A stretch of DNA of 64,000 bases from Carpediemonas membranifera BICM (taxonomy: Eukaryota > Protista > Fornicata). A program made the translations under genes and the position numbers. The stretch covers positions 878,421 to 942,420 of the forward strand of contig JAHDYR010000062.1 in NCBI GenBank assembly GCA_019828565.1. Reading direction: 5' to 3'. Shown here in pieces: positions 12,449-25,089 of the stretch. A model generated the notes under the pieces. It had not been told where the DNA came from. It did not search any database and worked only from the letters and a program-made list of their open reading frames with translations. Numbering within the stretch: the stretch's first letter is position 1; the number at the start of each line of letters is the position of its first letter.

Positions 12449-12718
12449 AGATACAATTGAATCTTTTCAAACATATTTTCATGAAGATAGATCCAATGAA
12501 ACTATGTACCATGAGCCCGATTGCTCAGTGATTATGTGATAATCCTGTGTGACCCAGGACAGCGTGCTCCTGGAATCAACAGGGCACAAAACACCCTGCG
12601 TATTCCGGTAGCACACCGTTCTGACTCATACGTCCGTCTCTGGTTGTCGTATACAGGTCTATTTACGTGTTTGGCGATGGCGCTCCCTTAAATCTGCTTG
12701 AACGGCGTGTCGTGGCTG

Positions 12719-12925
12719 TCAGTATGCTGCAAATGTCGCAGCGAGAAAGGAGTCACCAATCGCGTTCAGCTTTCTTGTTTCTCGCCTGATACTGCTCGTA
12801 ATATCGTTCAAGCGTGAATCTATGAAGTAATGGGACTGAATGGCCTCTATTGCGTCAATTTCTTGCGTAATCGTTGTTGAATGGCCTAGAATAGATGTTG
12901 CAGCTGCTTCCAGCTCCTGTTGCAT
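12719..12925 (-). CDS. Small helical ORF (68 aa)
   Basis: Open in both copies (also 29156-29362); no motif recognised. Confidence 0.3.
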   Translation of the reverse strand: MQQELEAAATSILGHSTTITQEIDAIEAIQSHYFIDSRLNDITSSIRRETRKLNAIGDSFLAATFAAY

Positions 12926-13306
12926 GCTAAATGCTGTGTTTTGGACAATTGGTCGTGTTCAGGCAGATTTTTTTCGTGCAAAGTGCAGGCTAATACGCGC
13001 CCTTAAACTGTGGGATCAGCCGCTGGGTAAATATACTGAGAAAAAACCATATAGCTGAGTTCACTGTCTTGTGCTGAATACGGTGGCGCCATTTATTTCT
13101 CTGAATCGCTAAGTTTTGTCAGCGTTGACCGCGCACGACCGGTCGTCCTTACGCGATGACACCCAGCCCATCTTGTAGGTCGGGTGGCCATACCTCGCGG
13201 CCTTGCTTGCTTTTTCTTTGACGAGCAATATTCCCTGAGTAATAGCCTCTCCTTTTCTTCAATTCGACTCTAGCCAAGTCAAAAAACAAGAAATCGACCA
13301 TATCTC

Positions 13307-13410
13307 AAAATCTAACAGGTAGATTCACTCTGAAAGTGATTATGCGCATATGTACCTCCTTTCAACTACTCACATAATCACTATCGTAGTGAATCTACCT
13401 GTTAGATTTT
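13307..13410. repeat. Subterminal palindrome with perfect 23-bp arms and a 58-bp spacer
   Basis: AAAATCTAACAGGTAGATTCACT at 13307-13329 and its reverse complement at 13388-13410; inner arms AGTGATTATG/CATAATCACT. Confidence 0.9.
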
Positions 13411-13593
13411 CTGTTATTGTCCATTTTATCGTTTCGTCTTAACCTGCACGGCGAAATGCTCAAACCAGGCAAGGAGTCAGAGCCAGAGCTTCTTTCCATG
13501 CTCTAAGTACATCATATGGACTCTCAAGAAGACCTTCGTTTATCTCTAAATAGCTTAAATTTAATGAATACTTCATTTCTGAGCAAGAAATTG

Positions 13594-13667
13594 TAGATTA
13601 TCTAGCGTTTTGAGGTCGAAGATAATCTAGGGTTTAGCAAAGATAATCTAGGGATGTTGACAGCATG
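13594..13667 (-). repeat. Terminus/TIR region of element A, with three TAGATTATCT motifs
   Basis: Reading inward: 5'-CATGCTGTCAACATCCCTAGATTATCTTTGCTAAACCCTAGATTATCTTCG; identical at 28413. Confidence 0.8.
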
Positions 13668-15607
13668 CAGCTGGCAAGGATCGAAAGGTCGGAGGGTTGG
13701 AAGATAATCATGTATGCAAAGGGGGTGGAGATGGAAAGCTTCCTCCTCACGAACCCCACAAATGGACTGGAGCAAGGAACCAGGGAATTCTTCCAAGCTA
13801 GGCTGGTGGACGAGAAGAAGCTACCAGAGATCCTGGAGAACAACGGCAAGGAGGAGGCTGGCCAAAACCTCAGGGACAACCTCGACAAGGCCAACTACCT
13901 GGAAGCAGTAACAACATGGTCAAATGGATGGCAGAACAGGAGCGAGCCCAAGGGAGTCTGTCCGTACCACAGACACACCGCGGGTTGCTACCACTGTGGG
14001 TTGGCGGATACAGTAGTCTTCACAGCCAGGATCAGGGCCCTATGCAAGGAGAGGATGAGCACCCCAGACGTCTACCACTACATGGGTAAGGCACTCGACA
14101 AGACCATGGAAGCAGTCGGGAAGGCGGAGCCGGGCATGGATATCATGGGAGGCCCGGAATTCGCGACAAGGAGGGACACCTTTGAGATCTTCGGCACGTA
14201 CCCGATCGGGGACGCAAGGGACGTCAGCAGGGAAGTCGGCGACAGGATCCTCGTAGTCCCGGACAACGGACACCGCTTCGGCATCGGCTTCGGGTTCGGG
14301 GAGGTTCTGTTGGGCATGAAGGGCATCTTACTGGCCCCCCTCACAATCATGGACAACGAAGGTGTACTGGAGAGAAGCCCGCTATGGACCATCATGGAAG
14401 AGCCACGGCTAACCAGCTCCGCATGGTACGCGTCAGGAAGGGCCTAGGGGCAGCAAGGGAGGAGGACATCATAACCATGGCCACGCTATACGAGTGGTGG
14501 CCCTCGAAGGAGGCTACGGCTCATCAAGGAGTCTGGGGCTGCGACGACCTAGCAGAGAGCCTCAGGGACTATGAGAAGGTCATAGTCAACGTCAAGGCCC
14601 CCAGGAACAGGGGTAGGATCACCCTAGGGGCGAGCTTCATCCCGAGAGACTGGGGCATGGTCAGGGTCAGCGAGGCTGGGACCATCCTAAGCCGCATGCG
14701 CAAGGAAGGGGCCAGACTAGTCTCGGCAGCTATCCCGGACGAGCCCAGAGCCAACACAGTCAATGTCCCAGGCATCACGTATGTCCCCACCATCGACGGA
14801 AAGTCCGAACAGCCATACCAAAGTAGGTTCTTCGACAACGGCCTGGAGGAAAAGGCGAGGCGGATTAGCACCAGGATGGTGGGCAGGCACTTCGGCCAGG
14901 ACGCGGATCAAGGACATCACGACCAGCATGGAGACAGGGAAGAGGACAGAAGGGTAGGACACGGAGCCGGCGGTAGAGCTGGTGTCAGAGCTGACGACAG
15001 AACCGGCGACAGAGCTGGTAACATGAACAGGACCTCGGATCGTAACCACGGAGGAGACGACAGGGAGAGACAGGACAACACGGGAACGCAGATGAGAGGC
15101 TCGTTCAGCGGGAACACCTGGGCCGGTAGAGGCTCAGAGGGAGGCATGGACAACAGCAAGGATCACTCTTCCTCCACGACGCTCAAGCGCAAGGAGGGCA
15201 GCACGAGTAGGATCATGGACTCGGACAGCGGAAAGAGAAGCAGGCACGAAGAGGACATGGACTGGGAGTCTGGAAGCAGACAGGCAACCGGCATGGACTC
15301 GGAGAAGCTGCGGCTCCGAAAGCAGTTGGCAGAGGCGCAACAAGAGATCTCAGCGCTCAAGGCTGCCCGACTCATGCAAGAGCAAGGCCACGGAAGGTTG
15401 GTGCTCTCCGGCGTCGCGACTAAGCCCAGCAAGGAGAAGCCCACGATCCCCCGGCACAAGCACAAGAAGGCTAAGAAGGCCAAGCAGATCTCACCCATGG
15501 ACCTGATGACCCAGTTCATCACGGTAATGCAGAGTCTACAAGGACAGCAAGTGAGTCAGGCCGAGGACAGCTGCAGCGGCAGTGGGGAGTCCACGGAGGA
15601 GGAGTAA
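13668..15607 (+). CDS. LINE-A ORF1 (5'-truncated) containing the C-terminal half of a DEDDh-like nuclease
   Basis: YAKGVEME and CPYHRHTAGCYHCGLAD match LINE-B VAKGVEAE and CPYHKHAPHHCHCALAD; ends in a coiled-coil/basic tail. Confidence 0.7.
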
Positions 15608-15939
15608 GGACATGGTAAAGCAGTATTCTTTCAAGGAACAAGCAACATTTTCTTTATAATTCACAAGCCCTGGCTCCCACCCAGGGCCCGGCATTAGCTG
15701 AAATGCACTGCCGGTAGGCTGTAGCGGCAGCCAAAGGGGGGGTCACGTCATATCGTCCCCCTCCTAAGTACCCTGCCCGAAGAATGGAAGGTCACCAGGT
15801 GGTAACAAGGTTGGCCTGACAAGGGTCACCGAGACCGGCATCTAGGCCCCTTGTTAGGACAAGGATAGCAGGAGAGGAGCGGGAAGCTGGGGCTCCCAAA
15901 TTCTGGGAATTCGCAGGATAAGGAAACAGGACAAAGGCA

Positions 15940-18900
15940 ATGGTAACCTACAAGATACTTAGTCTGAACACAGAGGGACACATAGGAAGAGGAAAGGACT
16001 TCACGGCGTCTATGGCAACGGCGATTCAGCTAAGGTTGAAGGACATAGAGGCAGTACTCACACAAGAGACATGGAGAACGGCGAATACGAGGGTTCATTG
16101 CTTCATGGACCTTGACTACGCACTAGCAGGGAGGGAGACGGAAGAGGACCTGGTCTTAGCCAACGAAAAACGAAAGGCGGATGTCAAAAGTCAGCACCGC
16201 ATCAACCGACAACTAGGCATAGCAGGCAATGACGAACCTGCGCCAAGATGGAAGGGAACAAGGGAAGGCATCGGCACGATAGTGAGCCCACACGCAACTG
16301 CAAAGTGGGACATCGGCATAACGGACAGCCTATCGGGAAGAGTGCAAGCCAGCATAATGAGAACCGGCAGGGACATACTAGTCATCAACGTGTATGGCCC
16401 TCCATCCGGCCACAGCAAGCAGGAGAAGGATGGATTCAGGGACACTATACAGAAGATCATGGACATGAAAGGGAGCATGGAGGCCATAATTATGGGAGAC
16501 TGGAACATCGACCCAGGCCAGATGGAAAGATCCACCCGGTGGAAGGATATGATGGAGAAGCACAGGCTCAAAGCCATCATACCCAAGTCTGGGACGCTCA
16601 CATCAGGAACATCAACCCCGGACTTTGCAGTGACAACACCAGGAATCCAGGGGGCGGAGATTGAGGTGGTAGAGTCTCAGAAGGTCGGGGTATGGGGCTC
16701 AGCACACAATGGAATCACACTAGCATGGAAGGAACAACGGTACTATGGCAGAAGTGAGCGAGACGTGGCTCTGGCCATACCCGAGGTGCACACCTGGCCC
16801 ATGAAAAAGAAGGAGGGGCCAGTCACAGTCTCAAAGCTGAACAGGATCAAGAGCTCGGACCAATGGGAAGAGACTATAAGAGCATGCATGGGCGACCCAG
16901 TGAACAACAGGGGAGCAAAGGCAAGGGACAAAGTGTTCGGGAACGGAGTGTGGAGCGAACTCCAGCGAACCCCATGGACAGAAATAGGCAACAGGACCAG
17001 GAAGGAAAGGATGAAAGAGGAGCTGGAGAAATACTGGGGAGAGCGCAGGGCCAAATGGGTGGCCGACATCAGCAGAAGTGCAAAAAGGGGGTATAGGGCC
17101 TCAAGGGCCTCAGTGGAAGCTGCCATCAGAAGGTGGTGGTGTGACAACCAATACAAGGGAATGCCGGAGAGCCTCCTCAAGGACGGAGTGATAACCACGG
17201 ACAAGGCGGCCATCAGCGAGATCCTCTTGCAACAGTATGCTAGAGTCAGCAGAGGCAGGGAACCCACCTGGAAGACATGGAGGGGCAGGGACGGAAATGA
17301 GTTCAAGGAAAGCGAGGTCAAAGCCGCAATCAAAAGGATCAGGAGGGACACCGCACCAGGGCCTGACCTCACATCTGGAGACATGCTGAGAGAGCTGGAT
17401 GAGAAAGGCCTTAGGGAAGTGACGAGGCTCATCAACAGGGTCTACAGGGAGGGCGACGTACCCAAAGCATGGAAGTATGCCACAGTGTCGGCCATACACA
17501 AGAAAGGGAAGCCAAGGGTCAAGCCGGAATCATATAGACCAATATCCTTGACACCACTGCTGTACAGGGTCTATGGTAGATTGCTCAAGATACGTCTGGA
17601 AGCAGCAACGAAAAGGTTCATACCAAGAGAACAGGCTGGTTTCCAGTCAGACAGGGACGTCATCCAGCAGATACAGTACATTGTGCAGCGGCACCAGGAG
17701 GGGGTGAGACCACGTCAATCTTTCTGGACATCGAGAAGGCATATGACACGGTACCAAGGGACATTCTCATGGATAAGCTACAGGGTATGGGGGTGGAGGA
17801 GCACTTGATCAGGGCAATTCAAGGCACAATAAAGGAAACCTGGATATCAGTCAAGGGGGCAAAGGCATGGGAAAGAACCAACAGGGGAGTTAAGCAAGGG
17901 TGCGCCCTGGCACCGACACTGTTTGTGCTGTTCATGGCTAACTGGCCCCACCTGGCCAGAAAGAAAATCAAGGGAGAACGGTACGACATCAGAGAACCGC
18001 CAAGGACCACGAGCCACCTCAGCGACCGACTACCGGCAGCACTTACCATGTTTGTGGATGACACTGCGGTCACAGGGAGCAAACCGGAGCATAGCCAGAT
18101 GGTCGCCAACATAATGGTGGACATAATCAGAGAGCATGAAATGAGGGTGAACGCCCAGAAGAATGTAATGATTAGCGTGGACAGAACAGCCCTAGTCAGG
18201 ATCGAGGGGGTAACACTACTGCCAGAGAAGGAGGCGAGATACCTGGGATTATGGATCGCAAGTGGGAAGGACCCTATGTCGGCCTGCATAAGGCGGAAAC
18301 AGGAGCAGAGCGAAAGGTACAAGAGACTGGTGAGATGGGCAGGGTGGACCAGGGCAAACATGCCAGCACTAGCGAGCAGGCTACTACTGGAAATATATAT
18401 ATGGCCCAGGATCCTCTTCGGAGTCGAGGTGTGGGGGAACGCACCGGGAGGTAGAAGGATCTGGAATGACTGGCAGGGAATCATGGCAGGAACAGGACCG
18501 GGAGGGGGCGCAGCCATGAGGCTGATGAATGGATGGGTGGACCTCCAGGCACACATGGAATGGCTGGCAGTCAAAAGGATAGTCAACTACAGGGACCAGG
18601 ATATACCAGTCAGAAACAGAGAATGGGGGCGGGGCACGGTTATGTGGGAAGCTAGGGAGAGAGTGCAGCATCTACTGGAGGGCACCAGAGAGGGAGCCCC
18701 TAAACCAGCGCTACTGGATTATGGCATGGAAACGATCAGGAGGGGGTGGATGAAGCGGTGCAAAAGCCGTACGGCACTAGGACTAATGGAAATCATGGGG
18801 ACAAGGAAATTAAGCAAGTGTCTGCAAGGTAAGCCTACGGTAGACCGAAAGGCTGGGAAGGGGCAAAGCAGGGCGGAATGGAAGAGAATTGTATCCATTG

Positions 18901-19382
18901 CAGCCAATGTCAGCCCATCCCCATCGTCGGCAGAGAGAGGGGAGGGCCCTATGAGAGCCATCACAGAGCTGGCCCAAGGCGCTGACCTGAAGAGAGAAAT
19001 TAGCAGACTATGCCCCCTATGCTCGGAGGAGTCGGAGGTGAGCCTGTTCTACAGGATCATTAGGGAAAAGCCAGGACCAGCAAGGAAGCAGGAAATGATC
19101 AGGGAGTGGGCAGAGGGCCAGAGGCTAGGATCGGCAGCGCACATAATCTGTGAATGCCCGGCAGTAGACAGGGGAGAAGCTTGGACAAAGCTGTGGACAG
19201 CAGCGAAGCACAAAACTAAGGACTTGGAAGTAAGGCAGGGCCCCCAGGGCGAATGGTACCAGGAAAGACCCATCCTAGAATTACAGCAACTAATAATATG
19301 GGGCTCGGAGGACATTTGGGAAGGCCTCACGGCAGGACTACGGGAACTGGCAAAGGTTTACAACAGCTTCAAGGTGGAATAG
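15940..19382 (+). CDS. LINE-A ORF2: AP endonuclease, reverse transcriptase, C-terminal zinc knuckle (frameshift in the G-run at ~17700)
   Basis: ILSLN, LTQET, MGDWN, PDF, SAH; YRPISLT, FLDIEKAYD, GVKQG, FVDD, YLG; CPLC...HIICEC. Confidence 0.92.
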
Positions 19383-20297
19383 AAGCATGTCATGAACCCC
19401 TGACTCCAGGACCGGGAAGGGATGGACAAGGAATCAGCCATGGACCACCCTCGCTGGTGCTAAGCTCCTGGGATCAGTGAGGAAAGGCCCCACGTATCCC
19501 GGTAGCCAGGAACCAAAGCAAGGGAAGGAACGACTGCAAGGAAATAACAGGAAGGACAGACCAGAAATAAGAAAGAAAGGACATGCAACAAGGACAGAGC
19601 AAGGATAAGGTCAAGGAAATCCATATTCATATGGTTGCACCACTCGTTGGGACCCCAAGGAAACTGCAGGGACTGGCCACGGGGGTCGGAGGGGCACAGG
19701 TGCCCCTGCCGCCCTTGTTAACGACATGGGAAACCAAGGACATGTAGTGCAAGCGAAATGTTGTAAGGGGTAACAGGACAACCAGGCCTAGTGCCTGGGG
19801 GTACACCACCATGCCCTGACCCACGCCACCTAACCGGGGTAGACAGCATGGACTTAGTCACTTTCCCCGCCTTCGGGTAGGCTTCTTAACAGAGTCGAGG
19901 GGGCATGGAATTGGGGAACCGGACAGACGAGAGGGTGCCGTGGCTGAACGGCTCTACAAGGACTGCAGGGAAGCAAGGAGTGTCATAGTCAAGGTTCTGC
20001 AGGACGATCCTGCCTGCCAATGCCCCGAGGACAGACCCCCAGGCTCCCCGGATAGTTGCCGGACTTTCAGGGAGACAGGAAAGCACATTTGCACGGAGAT
20101 GGCCGCAGGGCCTCTGGGGCGATTGGAATCGGCTTTCCGCGGAGACAATAGCACCGAAAGCCCAAGGCAAACGCTGCTGACCAGTTTGCCACGGGAAATA
20201 GGCAGTACCCCGGGGCACTCAGCTCCAAGACAACGGGAAACAAGCTCAGTCCGGGGTCAGAATCCAAGCACCATAAATTTCTTTCTTTCTTTCTTTC

Positions 20298-21640
20298 GCT
20301 TACGGACGGACCAGGCGAGTGCCTTTGCCGCCACACGGCGAATAGAGTCGCCGATCGCGACCCCTCGGACCTTCCCTTCACCTTTCGGCACAGGGACGAG
20401 AATGCAATGACTGAACACATCAGTGTAAGCTTCTCCGTTCAGGATGTCCTGAACCAGCGGGAGCAGAGCCTGGACTAGTTCGCGCCTTGATGTCTTGTAG
20501 GCGATCTTCAGGTGAAGGAACGATAGCCCGGAGGGCCCCGGGGCCGCCTCAGACTTGAGTGTGTTGAGGATGGTCTTCAGAGTCTTAGAGGAAACTTCGA
20601 CACACTGCAGGGGGTTCTCGGGGACGTCTCGCATGGGGACGTCGGGACAAAGCCCGTTGAACCCAACCTGGAGGTCCCGCAGTTGAGCGTCGATTTCAGT
20701 CGGTGTCAGGTCAGTCTCATTGGCTACCATGGACGTGGCGGCCTTCGAGACAAACCCGTGGCGAATCAGGTTCAGCGTCCGACGCCACTTGCTCGCGCTA
20801 GCGCGTCGTCCGCCTCGGTCCGACGGCGGTGCGTACAGCGTCTTGGGGTAGTCTACAACCTTAAGAGCCTCAGCCCGCTTGGCGTCGTCACCTGTCGCGT
20901 TGTTCACCTCCCTCAATCGTTCAATAAGGCCTCGTGTGAACTTCTCGCGCCCGCGCTTGGGCGGAGCGATCTTTCCGAGGAACAAGGCCTGACCCGGGGG
21001 AAGGAAGACATCGGGTCGATGAGCAGGGGTAGTGGGAGGTGCTGATGGCGGGGTTAGGGGAAACCAACCGCCGAAACGTGAGCTGCCGTGTCTGCCTGGA
21101 CCTCTTCGTCAACAGGCTGCGATGACAGACCCTCGTCGTCCGTCGCGATCTCTACTGCAGAGGGAGGGACATTTGCAGCGGTCTCTGGACGCATAGCGTT
21201 GTCTCGTATCGTGCAGGCGATAATCGCAATGGACTTGGGGGCTGTGTTTGCAGAACGCAACGAAGTTGCCGTTGGCAGCGCCTGTGTGGTGATGCTGTGG
21301 GCCTTAAGGAGGTCCTTGAAGCTGTCAGCAATCGCCTTCAGGGCTTTCACGGTAAAGCGTACGATGTGTTTGTTCTGGACGTCGCGCATGAGCTCGACAA
21401 CCGCAGTTTCAGAGCACAATGTGTTGAACACCGTGTCCGTATCACACCACAGTCTGTCAATTAGGCTTATGTCGACGAACTTCGCGTAGGTGCTATGAAC
21501 TTCGGTAAGAAGAGCACGAACATCCTCGGCGAAGACGCTTTCGCGCCATACGAGTCTCGTACGTCGTCGAGTCACCATCTGGCCTCCAGGATCAGCCTGG
21601 GGCACAGAAAATGACGACATTTCCATTTCGGGAGGGAGCA
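20298..21640 (-). mobile_element. CRE-like RLE retrotransposon X, copy 1 (5' part; interrupted by LINE-A)
   Basis: Near-identical to 27201-28412; APGPSG and RGVAIGDSIRR motifs upstream of the RT core. Confidence 0.85.
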
Positions 21641-21859
21641 AACTTTTATGTAATCAACGACAAACTGTCTAGCGAGCGGCGAGGCGCAGCCGAGCTTCGC
21701 GAGCCTGAGCGCAGCGAAGCAGTTTGAGGCTATGGGGTGCGTCGGGGTCCTCCGTCGCTCCATCCAGTGAGTCGCTGGCGAGTCAACAAAACCAACAAGA
21801 ACACTCTGAAGCGCTCTGCACGAGCCGATTGCTACACCAATATCAGAATTGAGTAACAA

Positions 21860-24800
21860 TTAGTGGGAGAGGCCCAAATCCTCTGCTGCAGCATGTGCTG
21901 CGTCGCATTGCTTGATGAACGCTGCATATGTGTGCACTTGCCCTCTCATGCATGCCAAGAAAGCGTTATCAGCCATCTCGCGGACCTGCTCAGCCTTAAG
22001 ACCAAGTTCATCGCGCAAATCGTCCGTCCAGCCCCTTCCGTGCACTCTTCCAACGTCACCGTTGTGAAGCGTCACCGCGGGTATGAGCTTGACGTCCCAG
22101 TTGGAGTACTGGGCGCGCTTGCTCGTCATGGCCTGAGACACGTGGTTGCTGACGACGTTGTCAATGACGATTGCCTTCACGCCAGGTTTCGTGAGGGAGG
22201 ATGTCCGCCCGCGCCTTCATAGGCTTGGTCCGGTCAATGGTCCACTCACTGGCCTTGTTCAACCACACCTCGGACTGGACTCTCCAGCCATAACCCTTCA
22301 GGTCTCTCACCAGCCCGTCCTTGATAGCGTTGTGACGCTCGTCGTCCAGGCCTCCACGGAGGCATGGGCAGCACAGGAGTGTGAGTAGCGTTGCACACAA
22401 CGGACTGGTGGTTCACGGTGCGTGCCCTGCAGAGAGGGCAGACGTCAAATCCGGGCGTGAATGCGGGGAGGCCCAGGTGATTGCGGAAGATGGGGGCAAC
22501 AGCGGCATCGGTTACCGAGCGCCCAAGAGAGGTCGGGTCGACCATCATGAACGACCGAACGACGTTGGGCGAGACGGCGGCACTCACAGAGAGCTTGGTG
22601 GCAATAGATTCCTCAACGAGGCGAACCAAGTTCTTCTGCGTGTGGTCGGCGTCAAGAGCCTTCACATCGTCCAAGCCACTAGGCCAGTTCGACGGCGTGT
22701 TGAGCTGGGGCGGGAGACACTTGATGGCACCCGTCACGCTGTCAGGTGAGCGTGTAACACCCAGCCCTGCCAGTTGTCTCGTGGCCGCGAGGAACGCGGG
22801 AGCCCACACGACTGATGGCATTGCCAGCGCAAGCCCGCGTCTTTCTACCGGCATACTCAGGCGGAGAGCAAAGTCGTCATCGACCTCAGCCTCGCTCGAC
22901 AGGATTCGGAGGATGGCCGGGACCGCCTCTTTCTTCTCAAATCCGAGCTCAGCCTCGTAGAGACCGTTGCCGACTCCACCCGTTGCGGGGGGAACGTTAC
23001 GGAAGAAGTGCTCCCACTTTGTGAGCGCACAATACTTCGCAATGATCAACGCAGGGGCAGTTGCCTCCGGCCCCTCCTTGGCCACCATCTCTCCGGCAGC
23101 GTTAAGGAGTTGCATCACGCGACTGTTGACCTTGGCCAACTCACCCATCGCATGAGCAGCGGACCCAACCGGAACGCCCACGAGGTTTAGGCTGCGTCTT
23201 CTTGGGACGCCTCCCGAGGTGTTGCCGTCGGTAACGTCTCTGTGCGCCACAACGCACTTCGACTTGTTGAGCCGCAGGCCGACTTCGAGGAACTTCTCCC
23301 TCGCGATCTCGACAAGGTTGTTAGCCTCTCGGCCGACACCGGGCGTCTGCAAAGGCCGATCAGTCGTGGCGACTAGATCGTCTTGGTACGCTTGGAGGTG
23401 CCAACCCGGGAACGCCTCGCGCAGAACGTCCAGAATGGGCTTGATGCCCAGGCTGAACAGAATAGGGGACAGGGGATCTCCTTGATGTATGCCCTCAGCT
23501 GACCTTATCACTCCTCCTGACGTGGAGAATAGGAGCCCTTGGCGATACATCGTAGACAGGTAGGGCATGAGAGCAGGCATGTAAGCGCGTACCACGTCGA
23601 ACATGAACGCCCTAGATAGGCATCCATAAGCGTTCGATAAGTCGAGGGAGACAACAGTCCCTCCCTCCTCGTAGACCCTGGTCACGCTGTCACTCAGCCT
23701 CTCCAGGCCGCACTTCTCCCCCACCCCATACTGATCCTTGAGGGTCCGGTCGACGTCGACCAGGCGGGCCCTCACAGCCCAGGCGAGAGCCTTCGCCGCA
23801 ACCCGCCGAAGCGAGTCCCCGATGGCCACTCCTCGGATCTTCCCGGCCCCCTTGGGGACCGGGACAATGATGCAGTGGCTCAATACCGCGGTGTAGGTCT
23901 CGCCGTTCAGGATGTCCTGTACGATCGGCATCAATGCGGCGATGAGGTCATGTCTGGCCACCTTCGCTGCTATTCTGATATGGAGGAAGGACAAGCCCGA
24001 CGGCCCTGGGGCCGCCTCGGTCTTTAGAGCGTGTAGTACAGTCTTGAGGGTCCTAGCGGACACCTCAACTGACTGCAGTGGCTCTGCGGGGACGTCCTTA
24101 AACGGAACATCTGGGCGCAGGCCACTGTAATCCTCCTGCAGTCTCTTCAGCTCTACATCCACCTCCTGTGGTGACAGGCCCGCATCCTCAGCTACCAGCG
24201 CAGTGGCTGCCTTGGACACGAACCCGTGGCGAACCAGTCGCATCACCTTACGCCACTTGGACGGGCGGCGCTTGGGGCCTTTCGATGCAACCGGCGGTGC
24301 GTACAGCGCCTTCGGGTACTCGAGTACCGTCCTCAGGGCCGCGCGCTTCTCGTCCTCGCTCTCCACGAGGGCCACCCGCTTGAGCTTCTCGATCAGGCCT
24401 CTGGCGAATTTCTCGCGTCCCCTCTTGGGGGGAGCGATCTTGCCAAGGAAGAGAGCCTGTCCCGGTGGTAGGAACACGTCGGGTCGATGGGCTGGGTGAG
24501 CGGGAGGGGGCAGTCGGGGGGCTTGCGGTGAAGCCCACCGCGGTGACGTGCGCTGCTGCGCTCGGCTGCGATGACAGCTGGCTACCAGGGGCGTGGACCT
24601 CTTCGACAGATGGAAGGAGACTGGCAGGGTCGTTGTTGCCCATCACGTTTCTCCTGATCTCTCGGAAGAATTCGGCCGCCACCGACGGAGCTGTTTTGGC
24701 AGAACGCAGCGGTGTTGCTTTGGGAGTACTGCTAAGAGTAACACCCGCCGCGTCTAAGAGCCGCTTGAAGGAATCTACGATGTCCTTCAGTGCTCTCACC

Positions 24801-25089
24801 GTCAAACGCACAATCTTCTTGTTGTTCACGTCCTTCATCAGCTCGACGATGGCCGCTTCGGAGCACAGCGTATCAAACACTGTCTCTACATTGCACCAAC
24901 GTGCGTCAATGAACTCAGCATTGACGAATTTCGCGTAGTCGGTACGAACAGTCTGCAGCAGAAGCTGTACGTCCCGAGCAAGCGCGTTTTCGCGCCAATC
25001 GGACGTTATGGAAACTCTCATCGCCATCTGGCCTCCAGGATCAGCCTGGGGCACAGAAAATGACGACATTTCCATTTCGGGAGGGAGCA
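21860..25089 (-). mobile_element. CRE-like RLE retrotransposon Y, apparently full length (single ORF ~21860-25027, split by indels)
   Basis: RT: LDLSNAY, GIHQGDPLSP, YQDD. C-terminus: CPLC..NH..C knuckle, RHN, RADIL, VIDNVV, K..QY (PD-(D/E)xK restriction-like endonuclease). Confidence 0.88.

Larger units (their letters stand above)
1..13667 (-). mobile_element. Cargo-carrying DDE DNA transposon, family A, copy 1 (other end probably lies left of the window)
   Basis: Ends at ...GATGTTGACAGCATG (13667), the same base at which inverted copy 2 starts (28413) but with a different flank. This terminus (CATGCTGT...CTAGA) aligns with the TIR of element B (CATACTGT...CTAGA). Contains transposase, PHD, OTU and SET genes homologous to those of B. 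I found no second terminus in 1-8500. Confidence 0.8.
13668..20297 (+). mobile_element. LINE-A, an APE-RT non-LTR retrotransposon (5' part cut off by element A), inserted into a CRE-like element
   Basis: ORF1 remnant, ORF2, ~0.9-kb 3' UTR and a (TTTC)n tail ending at 20297, where CRE sequence identical to 27201 onward resumes. Confidence 0.9.

Noticed and set aside
13628-13653. TAGGGTTTAG telomere-like sequence
   Set aside because: Not a tandem array; it is part of the subterminal AGATAATCTAGGG repeats.
13665-13667. ATG start of the 260-aa ORF at 13665
   Set aside because: The ATG is the last three bases of the transposon terminus, fused by chance to a truncated LINE ORF1.
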